Shown: piece by piece, positions 13,625-26,000 of the stretch
Position numbering within the stretch: the first letter of the stretch is position 1
Layout: each line of letters opens with the position of its first letter
Assembly: GCA_048128005.1 (NCBI GenBank)
Contig: JBEUKZ010000094.1
Span: 1 to 64,000 of the forward strand
Length of the DNA stretch: 64,000 nt
Direction of reading: 5' to 3'
Source: Veleropilina oligotropha
Lineage: Eukaryota
Notes under the pieces: model-generated
Databases searched by the model: none
What the model was told of the DNA's origin: nothing
Seen by the model: the letters and a program-made list of their open reading frames with translations, nothing else
Made by a program: the position numbers and the translations under genes

Positions 13625-14079
13625 CAAGTGATATAGCAGATTTAACCTATTGCAAAAATGTAAGGTAATTTACAATATATGATTAAAACAAGAGGTGTAC
13701 GAGCTACGCTCTGGAAAAGATAACATTAACAAATTTAGAACAAGGGAAATAACTCTGTTAATAATAGCGACACGACGTCGAAACTAGCAAAAGGCACCAG
13801 TTCACCGAGTACTTAATACACCCAGGAAGTTTGCTCCGGAAAAGATCATTTGCACGGACGGATGGACGGACGGTCTGCATTTTAATATCCCCCGCAATTT
13901 TTTTCGCAGGGGATAATTATAATAAACTCATTATTAGTGTTAGACGTAGTTCCCCGTAGTCTAATTAACAATATGGTTATTTTAAATCAAGGGCAATAGA
14001 ATGACGTTATAACAATGTTTAAAAAATGTTAAACTTTGGACCCTATGTTCATGTTTACTATGAGTGCTATCCACCTGAA

Positions 14080-15248
14080 AAAGTTTAATATTAATATTAG
14101 TGAGAAAAGATAAAATCAATATAGGTCGCCAATATCAAATCATATGTAAGCAAAAAGGGTTTTGAGCAACCCATATGTACTCATTTAAAATATTTTAGTA
14201 GAAATGTCAAATTTTCACACATTATTTAAATTAAATCAAATATCACTGCCATAGTGGTATTAAAGTGAATCACTATAGCCAAAAGCAACAAAATATTGCG
14301 CATGCCTGAGCAACCCAAATGACCTTATCGAAAACTTAAGCATATTTTCTATGTCAAAATACAAGTATTTTAACCATTATTTACATTAAATTATTGTAGA
14401 ACAGAGAAGCAGGCAGCATCAATATATTCAATACCAAAGTATGTATATGTAAAAACCATCTTGATCACCCATATGAACTTCTTGAAAATATTTTAATCAA
14501 ATAATTGAACCGAAAATCTATGTAAAAAAAAACACCAATTTTATACAATAATTAAATTAAATTTTATTCACTATCACTGCCATGTGACATCCATAAAATA
14601 ATACCAAAGCACATCATTATATTCCAAAAAGTGCATTCAACAGCCCAAAAACATAACCTGAAAAACTTGAACCAAAAACTTTTAACCAGAATTTCTATGT
14701 TACAAAACACCAATTTATTTGCATTAATTAAATTTTATTAAATATCACTTTCAGGGTACCAGGTAACATCTATATAATCAATACCAAAGCATATAAATGC
14801 CAAGTCTCTTGAGCAAGCCATATACACTCAACGAAAAACTTTAACCGAAAATTCTAACCAGAATTCCTATGTTCAAAAACAACAATTTATTTGCATAAAT
14901 TAAATAAAATTTTATTCATGCTCACTGTCCGAATATCAGGTAACATGCATATAATCAATACCAAAGCATATATATGTCAGAAAGTCCCTAGAGCAAGCCA
15001 TATACACTCAATGAAAAACTTTAACCAAAAACTTTAACCGGAAATTTTAACCAGAATTTCCATGCCATTGTTAAAAAACACCAATTTATTTGCATAAATT
15101 AAATTAAATTTTATTCAATATCACAGCCAGAGTATCAGGTAACATCCATATAATCAATACCAAAGCATATATATTCCGTACAAACATACATACGTACAGA
15201 CCGAGTGAAAGCAATATGCCCCTCAGGACTATCATCCCGGTGCATAAT
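14080..15248 (+). repeat. Degenerate AT-rich ~180-bp tandem units of another HINE-like family (also 44460-45375)
   Basis: Recurring ttgagcaagccatatacac / aaaactttaacc / aaaattttattcaatatcactgcc motifs with 3' hairpins. Confidence 0.6.
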
Positions 15249-15309
15249 AAGTACTGTAGCTTCAATTTACTTTCTATATATTACAGCTCTTATAATACTG
15301 TTAAAATAT

Positions 15310-15315
15310 TTTATT
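15310..15315 (-). promoter_or_regulatory. Candidate polyadenylation signal for MTF1
   Basis: AATAAA on the minus strand ~280 nt after the stop; AT-rich context makes this weak. Confidence 0.3.
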
Positions 15316-15590
15316 ATGCTTATATTAAATACACGTGGCCACTAATGTATACACCCTCTACATTACGCTTATAATACGCGTGGCCACTATCTAATGTATA
15401 CAACCTCTACATTACGCTTATAATATGCGTGGCCACTATCTAATGTATACAACCTCTACATTGCACTGGTCAGACCGTCATATAAATGCATTTACATTAA
15501 TTTCATTAATTACTTTTAAAATTGCATATAGATAAAAACAAAAAGGCACTAAAATCTGTAATTATATAAGAGTCAACAGCCAAATGGATG

Positions 15591-17071
15591 TCATGATGAA
15601 GATGATAGACCCTTCACTGGGACATATTCCACAGCCAAACCAGATTCTGTGTTTTTATAAACTGGCACAAAGAATTCACCAGGGGGCAGTTCTCGTTGCA
15701 ATGTTTTTTGCAAGTTTAAAATATGCACAGATGGATCGCGTACAACACGACCAATATCTATCTGATTTGGTTCTGTCTTGTTACCAGGAATCGTTCGTTG
15801 AACAACATTGGATGCATGCTGGTTAACAGCTTCTTCATAGCTGGGTAAAATATATGTCTTGCCAGAAGATGACTCTACATTATCAGACTTCGACTGAAAC
15901 AACGTGGATGCTGCAGCGTTACCAATAGCAACCGGGACTGGGCATATGCAATGGTCAGCACCAAAAGCAGCACTAATTTCGCAGTCTTGGGTATCAGGAT
16001 TGTAAACAGGGGCATGTGAGGTTGCATTGGTGCTGTATTGTTCAACATCATCTTCTTTCTCAAGTGACTTTTGTACGCCATCACTAGCCTCTAGATTATT
16101 CCTAGATTGAGTAGGGAAGTCGAGAGGTTTTAATCCTTCATTGCTTGGCGTTGGCAGCAAGTTACCAGCAGACACTGACTCCGTGTCTAAAAACTGCTGT
16201 AGAGGATTACAAGGGGAGCTAACTCCTGGTGTTTGATCACAATCAAGACAATTTGACAGTGTCAATATTCCAGAAGTGTTTGACACAAGATATTGTAACG
16301 GTACAGAAGCTGTACAACTATCAGTTAGTGGCTTTGCAATGGTCGATTGATTAGATGCAACTTTTGGCTGCTGCAAAGTGTTTATTGCATCACCACCACC
16401 TAGCGTATTTTGCTGTCCAGAGACATAGTGTAATTCACTAGCTGAGACATTTCTGATGACCCCACGGTCCTCCAATATATATGGTTGTTGAGAGACCTGC
16501 GCTTGGTCGTTATTTACAAGCGGCGGATAAGCCAGAATGCATTGTTGAGGGAGCAATTTGTTGATGTCTGCAACAGAAATGTTACTGACGATCTGTGGAG
16601 TTTCTATCACATATTGCAGAGGTAGATCTTTTGACAGTTCACTACCTTGAATGTTATTCAATACCTGGGAATTTGCGATTGGACACTGCAGAGACGGTAT
16701 CTTGGATATGTCAAAATTTGATGCACCTGCAATGTCCGACTCGGTGGGCACTGTATATTGCTGGATCGGTCCTTTCATCACTTCCCTATTAGAGACTATA
16801 TTTACACTTGTTGGACCACCAGGTAAGCACACCTGTTGATGGCTTTTATTCGAGGTGTCAGTAGCGACAACAGGTATGGTCACTAGTCCCGAGAGTATAT
16901 ACGGCTGTAGTGATGGGATTGGGCATTTTGCATTTGAAGTACTTGAGATGCCATTGGGACATGGTGGCGGCTCTAGCTGAAAGTCCGCAGTATTCCCGCT
17001 GCCAGACGACATAACAGGGTTCATCAGCTGAATCACTGGCTGATTTAGACAATTATCGGCAACAGGATATG
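15591..17071 (-). CDS. MTF1: MTF1 terminal exon: ~490 aa S/P/Q/N-rich C-terminal region (putative activation region)
   Basis: Long non-repetitive ORF; ttgcag acceptor in phase 1 (G+CA = Ala, then YPVADNC...); TGA at 15591-15593. Assigned to MTF1 by position and phase, not by recognised similarity. Confidence 0.8.
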
Positions 17072-20000
17072 CTGCAATGAAAAGGCAATCAATCAATTAA
17101 TTATTTGTTTGTTTTGTGTTTAATATCCCATTTTCATTTCTTTGGTTTATTTAGACAAGTCCATATTGGAAGGAAAGCCCGCATTTTATGTAATCTCTAT
17201 AGACGATTTCACCAGACATTCGGCAATATTCGGAAACCGCTCGGGATTTTAGTCACATGGCGCCAAGTCATGTGACTGCTGGGCCAATATGAGCCTGGTA
17301 GTCAAACAATGGCGGCCGCGACATCGTCTGCATCTTGTTTACGTCGGGGCACGTGCGGATAAGTAGAATTTCCCGGGAATTCCGGTGTGTATGCAACTTT
17401 TTACCCCCTAAAAATGATCCGGTGATTCTGATTGTATCTTCAAACCAGCATTGACAATATTAAGGCCACATAAAGTTGACGGCATAACTACCTGGGAGAC
17501 GCCATATTGTTTGACTACCAGCCGCTGATTGGTCGATACGTTCGGCATATCGGCGAACAACCGTGTATTTCCGTGGGTGTTCGGGAGAACTCGGAGTGAA
17601 ATCGTCTATTCTGAGGATTCAAACTCACTCATGCGGACCAGAGCAGTCAGAACGAGTGAATTTGGAGCAGTTCTCGTACCCACACATCCACCAGGATGGC
17701 TGTTCCATCAATTAATTATACACTTTTAAATGTTCTGCCGTTGTAGAGGTCAAATAACAAATGACAGCTGGATGAACTAGAGCTATCACAGGAGTGATCA
17801 CATGCCCCCACGAAAGCATTTGACCCATGAAGTTTCATGTCTCTCAGTCAAATAGTATGGGAGATATGGAGCGGAAGCGAATTTTAGACTGAATGCGGTA
17901 AAGTATGAAAAGTAGGTTGTGGTGACATACTTTCGGTACGTGACATACCCTTCAGTTATGATGCATACACATATGAAGTTTCATGTCCCTCGGTCCAATA
18001 GTATGGGAGATATTGAGTGGACGGGAATTTTGGACCAAATGTGGTGAAGCGTGGAATGTAGGTCGCAGTGACCTACTTTTGGTATGACTTTTTGGTTATG
18101 ACGCATGCATACATAAAGTTTCGTGTCCCTCGGTCAAATAGCATGGAAGATATTGAGAGGAAGGGAATCTTGGACGAAATGCAGTAAAGTCCAAAAAGTA
18201 GGTCGCAGTGACCTACTTTTGACCTTTCCGTTATGACGTATACACATATGAAGTTTCATGTCCCTCGGTTAAATAGTATGCACCTTTGGGCTATGATGCA
18301 TGCACACATCAAGTTTCGTGTCCGTCGGTCAAATAGTATCGAAGATATGGAGTGAAAGGGAATTTGCAACAGACCGACAGACAAGCTGACTCCTATATGC
18401 CCCCCTAAACTTCGTTTGTGGGGGCATAAATAAAAACAGTGTCTTTCAGAGACAAGGCAACACCAAAGTAAACTGAATGATTTAATAGTTCAGTACATGC
18501 GCCATCTTCAACTTCTACTTTCAATGCTATATCCATGAAATTTTTAGCATATCTTGATGAAAAATTTCCTTAAAATTCCCCTTCTCAGATCAGCTATATT
18601 GCGTTGTCTCACCTGACTGTTCCCCTTCTCAGATCAGCTATATTGCATTGTCTCACCTGACTGTTCCTTCTGCTCCCCTTCTCAGATCAGCTATATTGCG
18701 CTGTCTCACCTGACTGTTCCTTCTGTTCCTCTTCTCAGATCAGCTATATTGCGCTGTCTCACCTGACTGTTCCTTTTCAGATCAGCTATATTGCATTGTC
18801 TCACCTGACTGTTCCCCTTCTCAGATCAGCTATATTCTGTTGTCTCACCTGACTTCCTTCTGTTCCCCTTCTCAGATCAGCTATATTGCATTGTCTCACC
18901 TGACTGTTCCTTCTGTTCCCCTTCTCAGATCAGCTATATTGCAGTGTCTCACCTGACTGTTCCTTCTCAGATCAGCTATATTGCATTGTCTCCCCTGACT
19001 GTTCCCCTTCTCAGATCAGCTATATTGCATTGTCTCCCCTGACTGTTCCCCTTCTCAGATCAGCTATATTCCGTTGTCTCACCTGACTGTTCCTTCTGTT
19101 CCCCTTCTCAGATCAGCTATATTGCATTGCCTCACCTGACTGTTCCTTCTGTTCCCCTTCTCAGATCAGCTATATTGCGTTGTCTCACCTGACTGTTCCC
19201 CTTCTCAGATCAGCTATATTGCGTTGTCTCACCTGACTGTTCCTTCTGTTCCCCTTCTCAGATCAGCTATATTCCGTTGTCTCACCGGACTGTTCCTTCT
19301 GTTCCCCTTCTCAGATCAGCTATATTGCATTGCCTCCCCTGACTGTTCCTTCTCAGATCAGCTTTATTGCGCTGTCTCACCTGACTGTTCCTTCTCAGAT
19401 CAGCTTTATTGCGTTGTCTCACCTGACTGTTCCCCTTCTCAGATCAGCTATATTGCGCTGTCTCACCTGACTGTTCCTTCTCAGATCAGCTTTATTGCGT
19501 TGTCTCACCTGACTGTTCCCCTTCTCAGATCAGCTATATTGCATTGTCTCACCTGACTGTTCCCCTTCTCAGATCAGCTATATTGCGTTGTCTCACCAGA
19601 CTGTTCCTTCTGTTCCTCTTCTCAGATCAGCTATATTGCATTGTCTCACCTGACTGTTCCCCTTCTCAGATCAGCTATATTGCATTGCCTCACCAGACTG
19701 TTCCCCTTCTCAGATCAGCTATATTGCGCTGTCTCACCTGACTGTTCCTTCTCAGATCAGCTTTATTGCATTGTCTCACCTGACTGTTCCCCTTCTCAGA
19801 TCAGCTATATTGCGTTGTCTCACCTGACTGTTCCTTCTGTTCCCCTTCTCAGATCAGCTATATTGCATTGTCTCACCTGACTGTTCCCCTTCTCAGATCA
19901 GCTATATTGCGTTGTCTCACCTGACTTCCTTCTGTTCCCCTTCTCAGATCAGCTATATTGCGTTGTCTCACCTGACTGTTCCTTCTGTTCCCCTTCTCAG

Positions 20001-23000
20001 ATCAGCTATATTGCGTTGTCTCACCTGACTGTTCCTTCTGTTCCCCTTCTCAGATCAGCTATATTGCGTTGTCTCACCTGACTGTTCCCATTCTCAGATC
20101 AGCTATATTGCGTTGTCTCACCTGACTGTTCCCCTTCTCAGATCAGCTATATTGCGTCTCACCTGACTGTTCCTACTGTTCCCCTTCTCAGATCAGCTAT
20201 ATTGCGTTGTCTCACCTGACTGTTCCTTCTCAGATCAGCTATATTGCGTTGTCTCACCTGACTGTTCCCCTTCTCAGATCAGCTATATTGCATTGTATCA
20301 CCTGACTGTTCCTTCTGTTCCCCTTCTCAGATCAGCTATATTGCGTTGTCTCACCTGACTGTTCCTTCTGTTCCCCTTCTCAGATCAGCTATATTGCATT
20401 GTATCACCCGACTGTTCCTTCTGTTCCCCTTCTCAGATCAGCTATATTGCGTTGTCTCACCTGACTGTTCCTTCTGTTCCCCTTCTCAGATCAGCTATAT
20501 TGCGTTGTCTCACCTGACTGTTCCTTCTGTTCCCCTTCTCAGATCAGCTATATTGCATTGTCTCACCTGACTGTTCCTTCTGTTCCCCTTCTCAGATCAG
20601 CTATATTGCGTTGTCTCACCTGACTGTTCCTTCTGTTCCCCTTCTCAGATCAGCTATATTGCGTTGTCTCACCTGACTGTTCCTTCTGTTCCCCTTCTCA
20701 GATCAGCTATATTGCGTTGCTTCACCTGACTGTTCCTTCTGTTCCCCTTCTCAGATCAGCTATATTGCGTTGTCTCACCTGACTGTTCCTTCTCAGATCA
20801 GCTATATTGCGTTGTCTCACCTGACTGTTCCTTCTGTTCCCCTTCTCAGATCAGCTATATTGCGTTGTCTCACCTGACTGTTCCTTCTGTTCCCCTTCTC
20901 AGATCAGCTATATTGCGTTGTCTCACCTGACTGTTCCTTCTGTTCCCCTTCTCAGATCAGCTATATTGCGTTGTCTCACCTGACTGTTCCTTCTGTTCCC
21001 CTTCTCAGATCAGCTATATTGCATTGTCTCACCTGACTGTTCCTTCTGTTCCCCTTCTCAGAACAGCTATATTGCGTTGTCTCACCTGACTGTTCCTTCT
21101 GTTCCCCTTCTCAGATCAGCTATATTGCGTTGTCTCACCTGACTGTTCCTTCTGTTCCCCTTCTCAGAACAGCTATATTGCATTGCCTCACCTGACTGTT
21201 CCTTCTGTTCCCCTTCTCAGATCAGCTATATTGCGTTGTCTCACCTGACTGTTCCTTCTGTTCCCCTTCTCAGATCAGCTATATTGCGTTGTCTCACCTG
21301 ACTGTTCCTTCTGTTCCCCTTCTCAGATCAGCTATATTGCATTGTCTCACCTGACTGTTCCTTCTGTTCCCCTTCTCAGATCAGCTATATTGCATTGTCT
21401 CACCTGACTGTTCCCCTTCTCAGATCAGCTATATTGCATTGCCTCACCTGACTGTTCCTTCTCAGATCAGCTATATTGCATTGTCTCACCTGACTGTTCA
21501 TTCTGTTCCCCTTCTCAGATCAGCTATATTGCATTGTCTCACCTGACTGTTCCCCTTCTCAGATCAGCTATATTGCGTTGTCTCACCTGACTGTTCCTTC
21601 TGTTCCCCTTCTCAGATCAGCTATATTGTGTTGCCTCACCTGACTGTCCCTTCTGTTCCCCTTCTCAGATCAGCTATATTGCATTGCCTCACCCGACTGT
21701 TCCTTCTCAGATCAGCTATATTGCGTTGTCTCACCTGACTGTTCCTTCTGTTCCCCTTCTCAGATCAGCTATATTGCATTGCCTCACCCGACTGTTCCTT
21801 CTCAGATCAGCTATATTGCATTGTCTCAACTGACTGTTCATTCTGTTCCCCTTCTCAGATCAGCTATATTGCATTGTCTCACCTGACTGTTCCTTCTGTT
21901 CCCCTTCTCAGATCAGCTATATTGCGTTGTCTCACCTGACTGTTCCTTCTGTTCCCCTTCTCAGATCAGCTATATTGCATTGCCTCACCTGACTGTTCCC
22001 CTTCTCAGATCAGCTATATTGCGCTGTCTCACCTGACTGTTCCCCTTCTCAGATCAGCTATATTGCGTTGTCTCACCTGACTGTTCCTTCTGTTCCCCTT
22101 CTCAGATCAGCTATATTGCGTTGTCTCACCTGACTGTTCCTTCTGTTCCCCTTCTCAGATCAGCTATATCGTGTTGTCTCACCTGACTGTTCCTTCTGTT
22201 CCCCTTCTCAGATCAGCTATATTGTGCTGTCTCACCTGACTGTTCCTTCTCAGATCAGCTATATTGCATTGTCTCACCTGACTGTTCCTTCTGTTCCCCT
22301 TCTCAGATCAGCTATATTGCGTTGTCTCACCTGACTGTTCCTTCTGTTCCCCTTCTCAGATCAGCTATATTGCGTTGTCTCACCTGACTGCTCCTTCTGT
22401 TCCCCTTCTCAGATCAGATATATTGCGTTGCCTCACCTGACTTCCTTCTGTTCCCCTTCTCAGATCAGCTATATTGCGTTGTCTCGCCTGACTGTTCCTT
22501 CTGTTCCCCTTCTCAGATCAGCTATATTGCATTGTCTCACCTGACTGTTCCCCTTCTCAGATCAGCTATATTGCATTGTCTCACCTGACTGTTCCTTCTC
22601 AGATCAGCTATATTGCATTGTCTCACCTGACTGTTCCTTCTGTTCCCCTTCTCAGATCAGCTATATTGCATTGTCTCACCTGACTGTTCCTTCTGTTCCC
22701 CTTCTCAGATCAGCTATATTGCATTGTATCACCTGACTGTTCCTTCTGTTCCCCTTCTCAGATCAGCTATATTGCATTGTCTCACCTGACTGTTCCTTCT
22801 CAGATCAGCTATATTGCATTGTCTCACCCGACTGTTCCTTCTGTTCCCCTTCTCAGATCAGCTATATTGCGTTGTTTCACCTGACTTCCTTCTGTTCCCC
22901 TTCTCAGATCAGCTATATTGCATTGTCTCAACTGCCTGTTCACCTTCTCAGATCAGCTATATTGCGTTGTCTCACCTGACTGTTCCTTCTGTTCCCCTTC

Positions 23001-26000
23001 TCAGATCAGCTATATTGCATTGTATCACCTGACTGTTCCTTCTGTTCCCCTTCTCAGATCAGCTATATTGCATTGTATCACCTGACTGTTCCTTCTGTTC
23101 CCCTTCTCAGATCAGCTATATTGCATTGTCTCACCTGACTGTTCCTTCTGTTCCCCTTCTCAGATCAGCTATATTGCATTGTCTCACCTGACTGTTCCTT
23201 CTGTTCCCCTTCTCAGATCAGCTATATTGCATTGTCTCACCTGACTGTTCCTTCTCAGATCAGCTATATTGCATTGTCTCACCCGACTGTTCCTTCTGTT
23301 CCCCTTCTCAGATCAGCTATATTGCGTTGTCTCACCCGACTGTTCCTTCTGTTCCCCTTCTCAGATCAGCTATATTGCATTGTCTCACCTGACTGTTCCT
23401 TCTGTTCCCCTTCTCAGATCAGCTATATTGCATTGTATCACCTGACTGTTCCTTCTGTTCCCCTTCTCAGATCAGCTATATTGCATTGTCTCACCTGACT
23501 GTTCCTTCTGTTCCCCTTCTCAGATCAGCTATATCGCATTGTCTCACCTGACTGTTCCTTCTGTTCCCCTTCTCAGATCAGCTATATTGCATTGCCTCAC
23601 CTGACTGTTCCTTCTGTTCCCCTTCTCAGATCAGCTATATTGCGTTGCCTCACCTGACTGTTCCTTCTGTTCCTTCTCAGATCAGCTATATTGCGTTGTC
23701 TCACCAGACTGTTCCTTCTGTTCCCCTTCTCAGATCAGCTATATTGCATTGTCTCACGTGACTGTCCCTTCTCAGATCAGCTATATTGCATTGTCTCACC
23801 TGACTGTTCCTTCTCAGATCAGCTATATTGCATTGCCTCACCAGACTGTTCCTTCTGTTCCCCTTCTCAGATCAGCTATATTGCATTGTCTCACCTGACT
23901 GTTCCTTCTCAGATCAGCTATATTGCGTTGTCTCACCTGACTTCCTTCTGTTCCCCTTCTCAGATCAGCTATATTGCGTTGCCTCACCCGACTGTTCCTT
24001 CTGTTCCCCTTCTCAGATCAGCTATATTCCGTTGTCTCACCTGACTGTTCCTTCTGTTCCCCTTCTCAGATCAGCTATATTGCATTGTCTCACCTGACTG
24101 TTCCTTCTCAGATCAGCTATATTGCGTTGTCTCACCTGACTGTTCCTTCTGTTCCCCTTCTCAGATCAGCTATATTGCGTTGTCTCACCTGACTTCCTTC
24201 TGTTCCCCTTCTCAGATCAGCTATATTGCGTTGCCTCACCCGACTGTTCCTTCTGTTCCCCTTCTCAGATCAGCTATATTGCGTTGTCTCACCTGACTGT
24301 TCCTTCTGCTCCAGCTTCCCGTCGCCAGCTGTTTCTCCATACAACGCATCGAGCAACTGTTCAGCTGCGCTAAGACCGCATCTGGTACTATCCTGAAATA
24401 AAGCTGCACCTTGGATGTGTCATGTATACACCTGGAACAACATTGGATGGCCATGAAACACCTAGTATATTTTAACTAGAGCTATCACAGGAGTGATCAT
24501 ATGCCCCCACGAAAGCGTTTGACCCAGGAATAGGGTGTTACATAGACACATGAAGTTTCATGTCCCTCAGTCAAATAGTATGGGAGATATGAAGCGGAAG
24601 GGAATTTAGACTGAATGCGGTCAAGTGTGGAAAGTAGGTCGCGGTGACCTACTTTCGGTACATGACACCTTTCAGATATGACGCATACACATATGAAGTT
24701 TCATGTCCCTCGGTCAAATAGTAATAAGTATTGAAGATATGGAGCGGAAGGGAATTTTGGACCAAATGTGGTCAAGCGGGGAAAGTAGGTCATGGTGACC
24801 TACTTTTGGTACGGGACACACCTTTGGGATATGACACATAAACACATCAATTTTCGTGTCCCTTGGTCAAATAGTATGGAAGATTTGGAGCGGAATGGAA
24901 TTTTGGACCAAATGCGGTCAAGTCCGAATATTAGGTCACAGTGACCTACTTTCGGTATGCGACACATCTTTGGGTTATGATGCATACACACATCAAGTTT
25001 CATGTCTCTCGGTCCAATAGTATGGGAGATATGGAGCAGAAGGGAATTTTGGATTCAGTGCAGTCAAGCATAAAAAGTAGGTCGTGGTGACCTACTTTTG
25101 GTACGAGACACACCTTTGGGTTATGACGCATGAACATATAAAGTTTTGTGTCCCTCGGTCAAATAGTATGGGAGATATGGAGCAGAAGGGCATTTTGGAC
25201 TCAGTGCAGTCAAGCATAAAAAGTAGGTCCGAATATTAGGTCACAGTGACCTACTTTCGGTATGCGACACATCTTTGGGTTATGATGCATACACACATCA
25301 AGTTTCATGTCTCTCGGTCCAATAGTATGGGAGATATGGAGCAGAAGGGAATTTTGGATTCAGTGCAGTCAAGCATAAAAAGTAGGTCGTGGTGACCTAC
25401 TTTTGGTACGCGACACACCTTTGGGTTATGACGCATGAACATATAAAGTTTTGTGTCCCTCGGTCAAATAGTATGGGAGATATGGAGCAGAAGGGCATTT
25501 TGGATTCAGTGCAGTCAAGCATAAAAAGTAGGTCGTGGTGACCTAATTTCAGTACGCGACACACCTTTGGGTTATGATGCATGTACACATAAAGTTTCGT
25601 GTCCCTCGGTCAAATAGTTTGGGAGATATGGAACGGAATGGAATTTTGGATTCAGTGCAGTCAAGCATGAAAAGTAGGTCGTGGTGACCTACTTTTGGTA
25701 CGCGACACACCTTTGGGTTATGACGCATGCACACATCAGTCAAATAGTGTCCGAGATGAGTGGAAGGGAATTTTCAACAGACAGACAGATGGATGGACCG
25801 ACAAGCTGACTCCTATATGCCCCCCTAAGCTTCGTTTGTGGGGGCATAACAACCTTGAAGTGTCATGTATACACCAAAAACAACCTGGATGTGCCATGTA
25901 TACACCTAAAACAACCTGGATGTGCCATGTATACACCTAAAACAACCTGGATGTGCCATGTATACACCTAAAACAACCTGGATGTGCCATGTAATACACC

